Below are positions 34,797 through 46,764 of a DNA stretch of 64,000 bases, piece by piece (position 1 is the first letter of the stretch; every line of letters starts with the position of its first letter). Location: positions 47,018 through 111,017 of the forward strand of contig JBCCEF010000015.1 in NCBI GenBank assembly GCA_039030395.1, in the 5' to 3' direction. The translations under genes and the position numbers were made by a program. Source of the DNA: Acidobacteriota bacterium (GTDB lineage Bacteria > Acidobacteriota > Thermoanaerobaculia > Multivoradales > JBCCEF01). The notes under the pieces were generated by a model. It saw only the letters and a list, made by a program, of their open reading frames with translations, did not search any database and had not been told where the DNA came from.

Positions 34797-36479
34797 ATGA
34801 GCGACGCCGACCGCACCCCCGATCTGCCCCCGGGCGACTTCGGCAAGACCATGCTCAAGCGCATGGAGCAGTACCGCGACCGCTGGACCTCGCGCGGCGC
34901 CAACACCGGTCTCGAGTCGCTGTCGGACAAGCTCACGGCGAGAGAACTGCGGCAACTCGAACTCTTCGCCGACTACGACGACCGTTTCCTCGAGCGCATC
35001 AGCCCGGATATCTCGATCGCCCAGTGGAAGGCGGGTTCGGTGCTGTTCGAGGCCGGCGCCTACATCGACCTGGCGTTCTTCATCCTCGACGGCCGGGTGG
35101 AGGTAGCGGTCGAGGAGCTGGTCGCCGGCGCCTCCCAATCGATGCCGATCTTCGACCTGTCGCGGACGGTGATCGGCGATTTGCCGAGCCCGCTGCCGCC
35201 GGCCGACGGCACCACCGTCTTCCGACCGGCGACGGAAGACCGCGAGCCCGGCACCTCGGCACCCACCAAGAGCGAGATCACGTTCCTCGCCAGCATGGAC
35301 TTCGATCTGCCCACCGGCACCGGCGCCGGCCTCGGGACGGGAGAACTCTTCGGGGAGATCGGCGCGATGAGCGGCTGGCCGCAGTCGGTCACCGCCCGCT
35401 GCGCCAGCGATTGTCGATTGATCCAGATCCGAGTGCCGGCGCTGCGTCTGATGAAGCGCAAGTCGAAGGCCCTGGCGGCGCGCCTGGACCGCCTGTACCG
35501 GGAGCGCTCGCTGTCGTCGCAACTGGAGACCACACCGCTCTTTCGCCACTGCAGCCGGAGCTTTCTCCAGCAGCTAGAGCAGAGCGTCGAGCTGGTCTCC
35601 TGCAACCCGGACGAGGTGGTCGTCCGACAGGGCCAGGGGGTGGATGCACTCTTCCTGGTGCGCTCCGGGTTCCTGCGCCTGTCGCAGCGCCTGGGGGAAG
35701 GGGACATCGTGGTCTCCTATCTCTCGAAGGGCATGACCCTGGGCGAGGTGGAACTGCTGACGGAGGGCATCGAAGGCTGGGAGGTGACGGCCTCGTCCGT
35801 CGAGTTTGCGGAGCTGGTGAAGATCCCCCGTGCCACCTTCGACGAGTTGCTCGCGGCCCATCCGGGATTGCAGGACGATCTCTGGCGCAGCGCCACGGAA
35901 CGGATCAAAGAAGCCGGACGGGCGCGCCGGCACATCGGCCGGTCTTCTTTTACCGAGGCGGCGCTGGACAGCGGCCTGGTGCAGGGTTCGAGCATCCTGG
36001 TGATCGATCTCGACACCTGCACCCGCTGCGACGACTGCGTGCGCGCCTGCGCCGACACCCACGGCGGCCGGCCGCGCTTCGTGCGCGAAGGCAGCAAGCA
36101 GAAGAATCTGCTGATCGCCCGCTCCTGCTATCACTGCCGCGACCCGGTGTGCCTGGTGGGCTGTCCCACCGGCGCCATCCACCGGGCCGGAGTGGGCGAC
36201 GTGGTGGCGATCGGCGACGAGCTGTGCATCGGCTGCTCGACCTGTGCCAACAACTGCCCCTACGACGCCATCGTGATGCACGAGACCGGCGAGACCTGGC
36301 CGGAAGACATGGTGCCCACCGGCCTGCGCGGCCAGCCACGGGACGTAGCGAGCAAGTGCGACCTGTGCGTCGACACCGGCCACGACCCGGCCTGCGTCAG
36401 CAATTGCCCCCAGGGCTGCGCCTTCCGGGTGGGTTCCGTGGCGGAGTTGGAAACGCTGCTGGCGGAGGATGATCGGTGA
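34797..36479 (+). CDS. Tandem cyclic-nucleotide-binding (CAP-like) domains fused to a C-terminal multi-cluster 4Fe-4S ferredoxin domain
   Basis: Two cNMP-binding folds (ELFGEIGAMSG... and GMTLGEVELLTEG...). Cys clusters CTRCDDCVRAC, CYHCRDPVCLVGCP, CIGCSTCANNCP, CDLCVDTGHDPACVSNCP. Confidence 0.75.
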   Translation: MSDADRTPDLPPGDFGKTMLKRMEQYRDRWTSRGANTGLESLSDKLTARELRQLELFADYDDRFLERISPDISIAQWKAGSVLFEAGAYIDLAFFILDGRVEVAVEELVAGASQSMPIFDLSRTVIGDLPSPLPPADGTTVFRPATEDREPGTSAPTKSEITFLASMDFDLPTGTGAGLGTGELFGEIGAMSGWPQSVTARCASDCRLIQIRVPALRLMKRKSKALAARLDRLYRERSLSSQLETTPLFRHCSRSFLQQLEQSVELVSCNPDEVVVRQGQGVDALFLVRSGFLRLSQRLGEGDIVVSYLSKGMTLGEVELLTEGIEGWEVTASSVEFAELVKIPRATFDELLAAHPGLQDDLWRSATERIKEAGRARRHIGRSSFTEAALDSGLVQGSSILVIDLDTCTRCDDCVRACADTHGGRPRFVREGSKQKNLLIARSCYHCRDPVCLVGCPTGAIHRAGVGDVVAIGDELCIGCSTCANNCPYDAIVMHETGETWPEDMVPTGLRGQPRDVASKCDLCVDTGHDPACVSNCPQGCAFRVGSVAELETLLAEDDR

Positions 36480-37324
36480 CCGCCGCCAACCGCAGTTCCC
36501 TGGCGCCCAGGCGCGCCGCCGGCCGTCGCTGGCGTCGCGCGTTCGCGGTGGTGGCGGGACTGTGCCTGCTGGTCTTCGCCGTCAACGCTCAGTTCTTCGA
36601 GGTGAACCCCGGCAACCCTTGGGGCCTGGGCTACGGCATCGCCGCGGCGCTGCTGCTGCTGGTGACGGCGCTCTATTCGCTCCGCCGGCGCTTCCCCCGC
36701 TGGGCCACCCGCCGGCGCCTGGGGAGCGCCCGCACCTGGCTCTACCTCCACCTCTACGGCGGCGCCCTGTTCGCTTTGTTGATGCTGATGCACAGCGGTT
36801 TTTCAGTACCCACCGGAGCGGTGACCTGGTGGCTCTGGCTGCTCAGCCTGTGGACCGTGGCGAGCGGCCTCGCCGGCCTCGCCCTCCAGCAGTGGATCCC
36901 CCGGGTGCTCGGCTCGTCCCTCGAAGTGGAGGCGATCTACGAGCGCATTCCCGAGTTGGTCCACGAGCTGAGCGCCGAGGCCGACGCCCTCGCCACCACC
37001 TGTGTGGAACCGGTGCAAACCCTCTACAGCCGCCGCCTAGCGCCGGCCCTGGCGTCGCCGCAGCCGCGTTTGCGCTTCTACTTCGACGCCACCGGCGGCC
37101 GCGACACGGCGCTCAAGGAGGTCGAAGTGCTGCACCCGCTATTGCCGCCGGAAGAGCAGGCGAAGCTGGCCGGGCTGTCCAAGATGTACCGCACCAAAAC
37201 CCAGCTCGACGCCCAGTTCACCCTGCAGCGGGGCCTGCGGTTGTGGCTGTGGGCGCACGTGCCGGTGTCGACGGCGGTGCTGGTGCTGCTGGCGGTGCAC
37301 CTGTTCGCTGTTTGGTACTACTGA
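36476..37324 (+). CDS. Integral membrane protein (4-5 TM) with conserved intramembrane His pairs; candidate b-type heme / ferric-reductase-like subunit
   Basis: GTGA start overlap with the upstream gene. TM helices contain HLYGGALFALLMLMH and WAHVPVSTAVLVLLAVHLF. The function is inference only. Confidence 0.55.
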   Translation: MTAANRSSLAPRRAAGRRWRRAFAVVAGLCLLVFAVNAQFFEVNPGNPWGLGYGIAAALLLLVTALYSLRRRFPRWATRRRLGSARTWLYLHLYGGALFALLMLMHSGFSVPTGAVTWWLWLLSLWTVASGLAGLALQQWIPRVLGSSLEVEAIYERIPELVHELSAEADALATTCVEPVQTLYSRRLAPALASPQPRLRFYFDATGGRDTALKEVEVLHPLLPPEEQAKLAGLSKMYRTKTQLDAQFTLQRGLRLWLWAHVPVSTAVLVLLAVHLFAVWYY

Positions 37325-37349
37325 TCGCTGATCTCGTGGGGAGAGGGAT

Positions 37350-38957
37350 TTGACGAGGAAGGACAGAACGGGCAAAGGCACTTTGGGGGACTCCGGTCTA
37401 CCGGTTGCCAGCAAGTATGTTCAGCCGCCGCATCGGCGTGAACTCCTGTGGGTTGGAGCGGCGGCTCTCGTGATCGTGGCGCTGTTGGCCGCCTGGAGCC
37501 TGCTCCGCCGCGACGGTCGGATGGTTTCGAACGGTCCGCTGTCATCGAACCACGCCAATCTAGAGAACAACTGCGCCGCCTGCCACTCGGGCTTCGCTCC
37601 GGTGAGCAACGAGGCCTGCTCCACCTGCCACGAGAAGCACGGCGACGAACTTGGCGTCTACACCTTTGCCTCGCACTATCTCTACCGGTCCGACGACTTC
37701 CAGCGGGTGGTGCCCTCGCCGGACGAAGAGCCCTGCATCGCCTGCCACACGGAGCACCAGGGCCGCACCGCCGAGATCACCCGGGTGGCGGACGCCCGGT
37801 GCCAAGCCTGCCACGAGTTCTCCCCGTTCAGTGACCACCATCCGGAATTCGCCTTCGCCCAAGCGACGGAGCCGGACTCGAACCCCGGCGACCGTGCCCT
37901 CGCCTTCGCGCACATCCAGCACGTCAAAGAGCTGATTATCCGGCAGAGCCTCGACGCCTCGAATCCCGACGAGGTGGAGCGAACCTGCCTCGCCTGCCAC
38001 AACCCCGAACCGGCCGGCCGTTCCTTCCAGCCGATCGACTTCGACCGCCACTGCGACGCCTGCCACCTCGCCGCCACCGACCGCACGCCGCCGCTGCCGG
38101 TGGCCGGCGAATCCCCTGGGGTGCAAACGCTGCAGGCGATCCAGCTCGCCGGTTTGCCGGGCAGCCGTTGGGCGGACTACGTCAACCCCGGTGAGTTCCG
38201 GCAGCAGGGCGAGCGCATCGTCAAGAGCCCGCTCTACCACCGCGACCCGTGGGTGCTCCACAACCTGCGGCGGCTGCGCCAGCAACTGCTGGGCGACGGC
38301 GGCCTGGCGGACTTGTTGACCGCCTCACCGGACGTGCGGCCGGCCGAGCTGCGCTCGCTCTACGAAGAGGCCATCGCCACCCTCGAAGCCCAGGCCCTCG
38401 ACCTGCGCTCGATTCCCGACCGGGCGGTGCAGCGGGAACTCGAACAGATCGACACGGTCCTCGCCGCCCTCAAGCGACGGTTGGAGGATCCCCACGCGCC
38501 GCTCGACGAAACCGGCTTCCTCCTCGCCCTGACCCCGCCGGCAGATCCGGAATCCGCCGATGCGGAACGCATCCGCACCGTCGCCGAGGCGCTCACCGAA
38601 CCGTGCCGCAATTGCCACACGGTGGAAGACGCCACCATCGTGCGGGTGGAAAACGATCTCGGTACCCTCAAGCGGGCGGAGTTCAACCACCGTGCCCACA
38701 TGCTGCAGCGCGGCTGCCTCGACTGCCACACGGAAATCCCCTTCGCCGAGTTCCTGAATTCGGATGGAGCAGTGGTGCCCGCCGAACTGGACCGGGCGGA
38801 GATCCAGAACCTGCCCAAGATCGCCGTCTGTGGCGAGTGCCACAACGAGAACCTCGCCTCCCAGACCTGTGTCACCTGTCATCTCTTCCACCCGGACACC
38901 GACCGCCGCTCGGAGCTGATCCAATTCGTCAACCCGGAGACCGCCAATGCAGGCTAG
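37350..38957 (+). CDS. Membrane-anchored decaheme c-type cytochrome (10 CxxCH)
   Basis: N-terminal TM anchor (LLWVGAAALVIVALLAAWSLL) then CAACH, CSTCH, CIACH, CQACH, CLACH, CDACH, CRNCH, CLDCH, CGECH, CVTCH. TTG start preceded by ggagaggga. Confidence 0.8.
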   Translation: MTRKDRTGKGTLGDSGLPVASKYVQPPHRRELLWVGAAALVIVALLAAWSLLRRDGRMVSNGPLSSNHANLENNCAACHSGFAPVSNEACSTCHEKHGDELGVYTFASHYLYRSDDFQRVVPSPDEEPCIACHTEHQGRTAEITRVADARCQACHEFSPFSDHHPEFAFAQATEPDSNPGDRALAFAHIQHVKELIIRQSLDASNPDEVERTCLACHNPEPAGRSFQPIDFDRHCDACHLAATDRTPPLPVAGESPGVQTLQAIQLAGLPGSRWADYVNPGEFRQQGERIVKSPLYHRDPWVLHNLRRLRQQLLGDGGLADLLTASPDVRPAELRSLYEEAIATLEAQALDLRSIPDRAVQRELEQIDTVLAALKRRLEDPHAPLDETGFLLALTPPADPESADAERIRTVAEALTEPCRNCHTVEDATIVRVENDLGTLKRAEFNHRAHMLQRGCLDCHTEIPFAEFLNSDGAVVPAELDRAEIQNLPKIAVCGECHNENLASQTCVTCHLFHPDTDRRSELIQFVNPETANAG

Positions 38958-39795
38958 GCCCGCCCGCCTGCTCTGTCAGCGAGGAGCTGCCGGTGGCACT
39001 CGCTTCGACTTCACCGGCCAGGCGACCCTCGGTCGCGCCCCGGAGTGCACGGTGGTGCTGGAGGCCAGCGAGATCTCCAGCCGTCATGCTCGTATCTCCT
39101 GGGACGAGGAAGCCGGGCGCTACCTGCTCGAAGATCTCGGCAGTCTCAACGGCACCGAACTCGACGGCGAACCGGTGAGCGGCGGCGAGACCCTATCCCG
39201 CATGCACGTGATCACCCTAGGCGGGGCCGTCGAGGTCATCTACCAGGGTCCGGAGCTGGTGGCCGCCGCGCCGCCGACGGCTCCCTCAGAGGACTCAGGG
39301 CCGCTCGGCGACACTACCGACAGCCACACGGTGATCAGCGCTGAGCCGCTGGTGCTGCCGGGAAGCTTCGACGGCGACGACACCGGAATGGGCACCCGCA
39401 TCGAAAGCCAGATGGCGCCGCTGCCCTCGGCCTTCGGCACCGCACCACCGATCGAGCACGCGGTACCGGAGCCGACCTGGCGGCTGCGCATCCCCGAGCA
39501 AGGTCCGCAGGACGGTTTCGTCCTCCAGCCGGGAGCGAACCGGGTCGGGCGGCTGCCGAGCTGCGAGATCATGATCGACGGCGCCACCATCTCCCGGCTG
39601 CACGCGGTACTCACAGTGCATCGCGGACGCCTGCGGGTGCGCGACGACGGCAGCCGCAACGGCACTTGGCTCGACGACCAGAGAGTGACCGGGGACGTCG
39701 AAGTCTCCGCCGGTGCCGCCCTGCGGTTCGGCGAGGTCTCGGCGATTCCCCTGGTGGACCTTCCCAATGATTCCGGCCCAACGAATTCGGAGTAG
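38947..39795 (+). CDS. Tandem FHA-domain protein
   Basis: Two FHA cores: FTGQATLGRAPECTVVLEASEISSRHARISWDEEAGRYLLEDLGSLNGTELDGEPV and ANRVGRLPSCEIMIDGATISRLHAVLTVHRGRLRVRDDGSRNGTWLDDQRV. Confidence 0.7.
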   Translation: MQARPARLLCQRGAAGGTRFDFTGQATLGRAPECTVVLEASEISSRHARISWDEEAGRYLLEDLGSLNGTELDGEPVSGGETLSRMHVITLGGAVEVIYQGPELVAAAPPTAPSEDSGPLGDTTDSHTVISAEPLVLPGSFDGDDTGMGTRIESQMAPLPSAFGTAPPIEHAVPEPTWRLRIPEQGPQDGFVLQPGANRVGRLPSCEIMIDGATISRLHAVLTVHRGRLRVRDDGSRNGTWLDDQRVTGDVEVSAGAALRFGEVSAIPLVDLPNDSGPTNSE

Positions 39796-39802
39796 ATCCG
39801 CA

Positions 39803-42079
39803 ATGAACCCGTCCCCCGAAGTGCTCGATCTGCTGGTAGTGGGTGGCGGCCCCGGCGGCACCGCCGCCGCCTTCCGCGCCGCTGAACACGGCCTCAAGGT
39901 GGTGGTCGTCGACTACGACGATCTGATGAAACGCATCCGCGATTACTCGAAGGACAAGTTGATCCTGCCGGGCTTCGGCGGCGGCGACACGATGGCCTTT
40001 CCCAAGGGCGGCCGGCTGATCTCGTCCCTCGCCTTCGAGCCGATCGACAAAGACGAGATGTGTGCCCGCTGGAAGGGCCTCTACCAGGAGCACGGCGTGA
40101 CCGCCCGCACCGGCGTCGAACTGACCGGCCTCGAACGGCGCGACGACGGCAGTTGGCTGGCGCAGGGGTGGGACCATCGCGGTCGCTGCGACGCCACCTT
40201 CACCGCCCGGAATGTCGTTCTCGCCCTCGGTCGTGGGGTACCGCGGCGCTTCGACATTCCCGGCAACACCGACGGCATCGCCTTCCGCCTGGACGACCCC
40301 AACGACTTCGTGGACCGCTCCGCCTGCGTGATCGGCGGCGGCACCTCGGCGGCGGAGGCGGTGATCGCCCTGTCCAACGCCAAGGCGGCGGCCGGCGACC
40401 CGACGGGGGTGTACTGGTCCTACCGCGGCGACCGGATGCCGCGGGTGTCCAAAGCTCTGGCGGAGGTGTTCTTCTCGGCCTACATCGGCAACGGCAACAT
40501 CCGCTACTTCCCGCAGAGCGAGCCGGCCGGGGTGGTGACCGCCGCCGACCGCCGGGAGTACCTGGCGATCCGCACCGACCGGCGGGTGATCGACGGCCGG
40601 CCCAACGAGACCACCCACCTCGAATTCCCCAAGGAGTCCTGCGTCGCCTGCATCGGCGAGGACATTCCGGAACCGCTGCTCGCAGGCATCGGCTGCCCGT
40701 TGATCTGTGGCGGACCGAAGGGGCGGAAAAGAGTGGTCGTCAACCGCTATCTCGAAACCCGTTTGTCCGGCGTCTACGTGGTCGGCGACTTGCTCAGCCA
40801 AGCCTACTTCGAGACCGATGACTTCGACGCCGATCCCGCCGGCTTCCGGGAGGTCAAACACCGCGGCAACATCAAGTCCGCCCTGCGCGACGGCGTGCTG
40901 GTGGCGGACGTGCTGCGGGCGAGGCTCGCCGGCGAGGATCCCGCTGGGATCGCCGTCGAAGATGCGGCGCCGGCGGCCGGCGGCGAGGCGGCGAGAATCG
41001 CCGTCGCCGTCGCCAGCCAAAGGGATAGCCTGGATGACGGCCCGCCGGAAGCCAGTCTCGGGGCGGACCGCGCCGCCGCCGAGGGAGGCGCCATGCTGAT
41101 TCGGATCCTGCCCGGCGGCGTCGAAGGGGAGGAGTTTCCGCTGCCGGAAGGCCAGGTGACCACCCTCGGCCGCGCCGGCTGTGACGCCAACTTCCCGGAC
41201 GACTCCGCCCTGTCCCCGCAGCACGCCTCGATCGTCCACGGCGAGAATGGCTTCTCCCTGCGCGACGACGGCAGCGCCACCGGCCTGTTCCTCGAGCTCC
41301 AGGCGGCGGACAAGCGAGACGTCCGCCCCGGCGACCTGATCCGCTGCGGCCAGCAATTCCTGCGCCTCGACGATGTCGAGGGCGAAGGCGGCGAGGGGAC
41401 GGGGCCCGGCTTCACCCACTTCGACGCCCGCGGTCAGGTGGTCGGTCGCCACCGGCTGGCGGAAGGCACCTCCATCATCGGCCGGCGGGCGCCGGACGTC
41501 ACCCTCGACCGCAAGGACCGCACCCTGTCGCGCCGGCAGCTCGCCCTCACGGTCACCGGCGGCCGCATCCAGATCAAGGACCTGAAGAGCGCCAACGGCT
41601 CCTTCCTGCGAGTGCGCGACGCGGTAGCGATCGACCACGGCGACCGCTTCCGCGCCGGGCAGCAGCGTTTCCTGGTCAGCCTGCGGGACGACCCGGCGCT
41701 GTCCGCCGGAGTCGATCCGGCGAATTCGACCCATGCCTCGCTGCGGCCGGCCGAGGTGGCCGCTGTCGCACCGGCCGCAGGCGCCGGGAACGGCCCGTCG
41801 GTCACCTTTGAAGGCCTCGGCAAGACCATCGCCGTGGCGGCCGGCCAGACCCTCTGCGAGGCAGCCGAAGCGGCCGGCATCCCGATCGTCGCCGAGTGCC
41901 ACTCGGGGATCTGCGGCAGTGACCCGATTCGCATCGTCACCGGCCGGGAGAACCTCGACGCGGAACCGGACGACCAGGAGATCGAGACCCTCGAAGAACT
42001 GTGCGAAGTCGAGCCCGGCCCTTGCCGGCTGGCCTGCAAACTGCGGGTGACGGGACCGGTCACCGTCAAGCTCCTCTAG
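39803..42079 (+). CDS. Fusion protein: FAD/NAD(P)-binding pyridine-nucleotide-disulfide-type oxidoreductase + two FHA domains + C-terminal 2Fe-2S ferredoxin-like domain
   Basis: Dinucleotide fold LLVVGGGPGGTAAAFRAAEHGLKVVVVD and a second CVIGGGTSAAEAV motif. FHA cores (TTLGRAGCDANFPDDSALSPQHASIVHGENGFSLRDDGSATGLFL and TSIIGRRAPDVTLDRKDRTLSRRQLALTVTGGRIQIKDLKSANGSFL). C-terminal Cys-rich ...AECHSGICGSD...PCRLAC. The ferredoxin assignment is tentative. Confidence 0.7.
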   Translation: MNPSPEVLDLLVVGGGPGGTAAAFRAAEHGLKVVVVDYDDLMKRIRDYSKDKLILPGFGGGDTMAFPKGGRLISSLAFEPIDKDEMCARWKGLYQEHGVTARTGVELTGLERRDDGSWLAQGWDHRGRCDATFTARNVVLALGRGVPRRFDIPGNTDGIAFRLDDPNDFVDRSACVIGGGTSAAEAVIALSNAKAAAGDPTGVYWSYRGDRMPRVSKALAEVFFSAYIGNGNIRYFPQSEPAGVVTAADRREYLAIRTDRRVIDGRPNETTHLEFPKESCVACIGEDIPEPLLAGIGCPLICGGPKGRKRVVVNRYLETRLSGVYVVGDLLSQAYFETDDFDADPAGFREVKHRGNIKSALRDGVLVADVLRARLAGEDPAGIAVEDAAPAAGGEAARIAVAVASQRDSLDDGPPEASLGADRAAAEGGAMLIRILPGGVEGEEFPLPEGQVTTLGRAGCDANFPDDSALSPQHASIVHGENGFSLRDDGSATGLFLELQAADKRDVRPGDLIRCGQQFLRLDDVEGEGGEGTGPGFTHFDARGQVVGRHRLAEGTSIIGRRAPDVTLDRKDRTLSRRQLALTVTGGRIQIKDLKSANGSFLRVRDAVAIDHGDRFRAGQQRFLVSLRDDPALSAGVDPANSTHASLRPAEVAAVAPAAGAGNGPSVTFEGLGKTIAVAAGQTLCEAAEAAGIPIVAECHSGICGSDPIRIVTGRENLDAEPDDQEIETLEELCEVEPGPCRLACKLRVTGPVTVKLL

Positions 42080-42099
42080 CAGGCGGCCGAAAGAGCACG

Positions 42100-42245
42100 T
42101 CGCCATGATTTCAGCACGCCGGCTAGAGCTCATTTTCAGGGGGCTCGGCGCCCCCTCAGTCGAGAAGGCCAGCCTTCTCGACTTCACCCCATCCTCGGCA
42201 GCTTCGCTGCCGCCTCGCCCTGTGGGCTCGGAACCCGGGTGGTAC
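42100..42245 (+). repeat. Intergenic structured repeat, copy A (diverged, lacks terminal hairpin)
   Basis: Shares ATGATTTCAGC...TTTCAGGGGGCTCGGCGCCCCCTCA...CTTCACCCCATCCTCGGC...GCCGCCTCGCC...GGCTCGGAAC blocks with copies at 46205, 50752 (reverse) and 49191 (partial). Confidence 0.5.
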
Positions 42246-42292
42246 CATTCGTTGCCTCCCATCGCCACAGCATGTATTTCTCGGAGACCTAG

Positions 42293-43752
42293 ATGAGTTC
42301 CGAACACACCCTTCTCGTCGTCGACGACGAGGAGATGAACCGCGATCTCCTGTCGCGCCGACTGGAGCGCAAAGGCTACCGGGTGGCGGTCGCCAAGGGC
42401 GGGCAGGAAGCCCTCGACGCGGTCGCCGCACAGGACATCGACCTCATCCTGCTCGACATTATGATGCCGGGCATCGACGGTATCGAGGTGCTCAAGAGAC
42501 TGCGCCAGAGCCATTCCCAGACACAGTTGCCGATCATCATGGCGACCGCCAAGGGCGACAGCGAAGACGTCGTGCAGGCGCTCGAACTGGGAGCCAACGA
42601 CTACGTGGTCAAGCCGCTCGACTTCCCCATCGTGCTGGCTCGGGTGCAGGCTCAACTCCGCACCAAGGACAGCGCCTCCCAGGGGACCCCGGCGAGCGAC
42701 GAGCCGACCGCCGGCGAGATCGAACCGGGGGTGGTAGTGGCCGGAAAGTACCGGCTGGAGTCGCTCCTCGGCTCCGGCACCTTCGGCAGCGTGTTCCGCG
42801 CCCGGCACCTCGATCTCGATACCGACGTGGCCTTGAAGGTGTTGCGCACCGGCCTCGCATCGGACACCGAATCCCTCCGCCGCTTCCGCCAGGAGGGGGC
42901 CGCCGCCTGCCGCCTCAAGCACCCCAACGCGGTGGCGGTGCACGATTTCGCCGTCACCGAAACGGGGGTCGCTTACCTGGTGATGGAGCTGCTCGAAGGC
43001 TGTTCCCTCGACCGTGAGATCGGCGCCGGCCGAGCCCTATCGCCGCGCCGCTGCGCCGAGCTGATGGTGCCGATCTGCCACGCCCTGGCGGAAGCCCACG
43101 AAGCCGGTATGGTGCACCGCGATATCAAGCCCGCCAACATCTTTTTGCACCTTGAGAAGGGCCGTGAGGTGGTCAAGGTGCTGGACTTCGGAATCGCCAA
43201 GCTGATGGGCGAAACGGTGACCTCGCAGCAACTCACCCAGGACGGCATGTTGCTCGGCACCCCCACCTACATGGCCCCGGAGCGTCTCGAAAATCAGGAC
43301 TACGACGGCCGATCGGACGTCTACAGCCTGGGCGTCATGTTGTTCCAGATGCTCACCGGGAAGCTGCCCTTCGTCGCCAAGAAGGGCGACTTGATGGCGC
43401 TGATGATGCTCCACATCAAGGCACCGATTCCGTCCATCCGGGAGCACCGACCGGACCTCTCCGAAGAGCTGGCCGAGCTAGTGTCGCGCAGCCTTGCCAA
43501 GGCTGCCGCCGAGCGGCCGGACGCCGCCGGCCTGGCCCGCGAACTAGCGAGCGCCGTCGGCATCGTACAGAGCCCTCCGGAGCCCGAGGCACCGCGCCGC
43601 AAAGCCACCGGCAAGTCGCCCCTGGGAGAGCCGCAGAACACCGACGAGTTGCTCGCCGACCTGGCGCCCACGGTGGCCATCGACCAACCGCCCCGAGGGG
43701 GTCGAGGGGGTTGGTTCCGTCGCTTCTTCTCTTCCCGGGGATCGAAAGACTG

Positions 43753-43753
<1 letters not shown>
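42293..43753 (+). CDS. Response-regulator receiver domain fused to a Hanks-type Ser/Thr protein kinase
   Basis: REC (LLVVDDEEMNRDLL...DLILLDIMMPGIDG...YVVKPLD) then kinase subdomains (GSGTFGSVFRA, ALKVL, HRDIKPANIFL, DFGIAK, APE). Confidence 0.85.
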
Positions 43754-46185
<2,432 letters not shown>

Positions 46186-46204
46186 CAGGTTGCCGAACAA
46201 AGGC

Positions 46205-46390
46205 TTCGCCTTATGATTTCAGCTGCCCTGCTAGCCTTTCTCTCTTTGAGGGGGCTTGGCGCCCCCTCACCTGAAATGAAACGTCTTTTCAGGTTCACCC
46301 CATCCTCGGCGCCTACGGCGCCGCCTCGCCTTTCAGGCTCGGAGCAGGGCACTGAACGGCCATGCTGAGTTTGTCGGTGCCCTGCTAGGA
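46205..46390 (+). repeat. Intergenic structured repeat, copy B (full length, with terminal hairpin)
   Basis: Near-identical, as reverse complement, to 50752-50920. Internal palindrome GGGGGCTTGGCGCCCCCTC and terminal hairpin CAGGGCAC...GTGCCCTG. Confidence 0.55.
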
Positions 46391-46401
46391 GGCTCCAAAA
46401 A

Positions 46402-46761
<360 letters not shown>

Positions 46762-46764
46762 AGG

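Noticed and set aside
33354-35549. 731-aa minus-strand ORF
   Set aside because: Antisense to the octaheme cytochrome and cNMP/ferredoxin genes. Gly/Ala/Arg-rich, no motifs.
39611-42943. 1110-aa minus-strand ORF
   Set aside because: Antisense to the FAD-oxidoreductase-FHA gene and the REC-kinase gene. High-GC reading-frame artefact.
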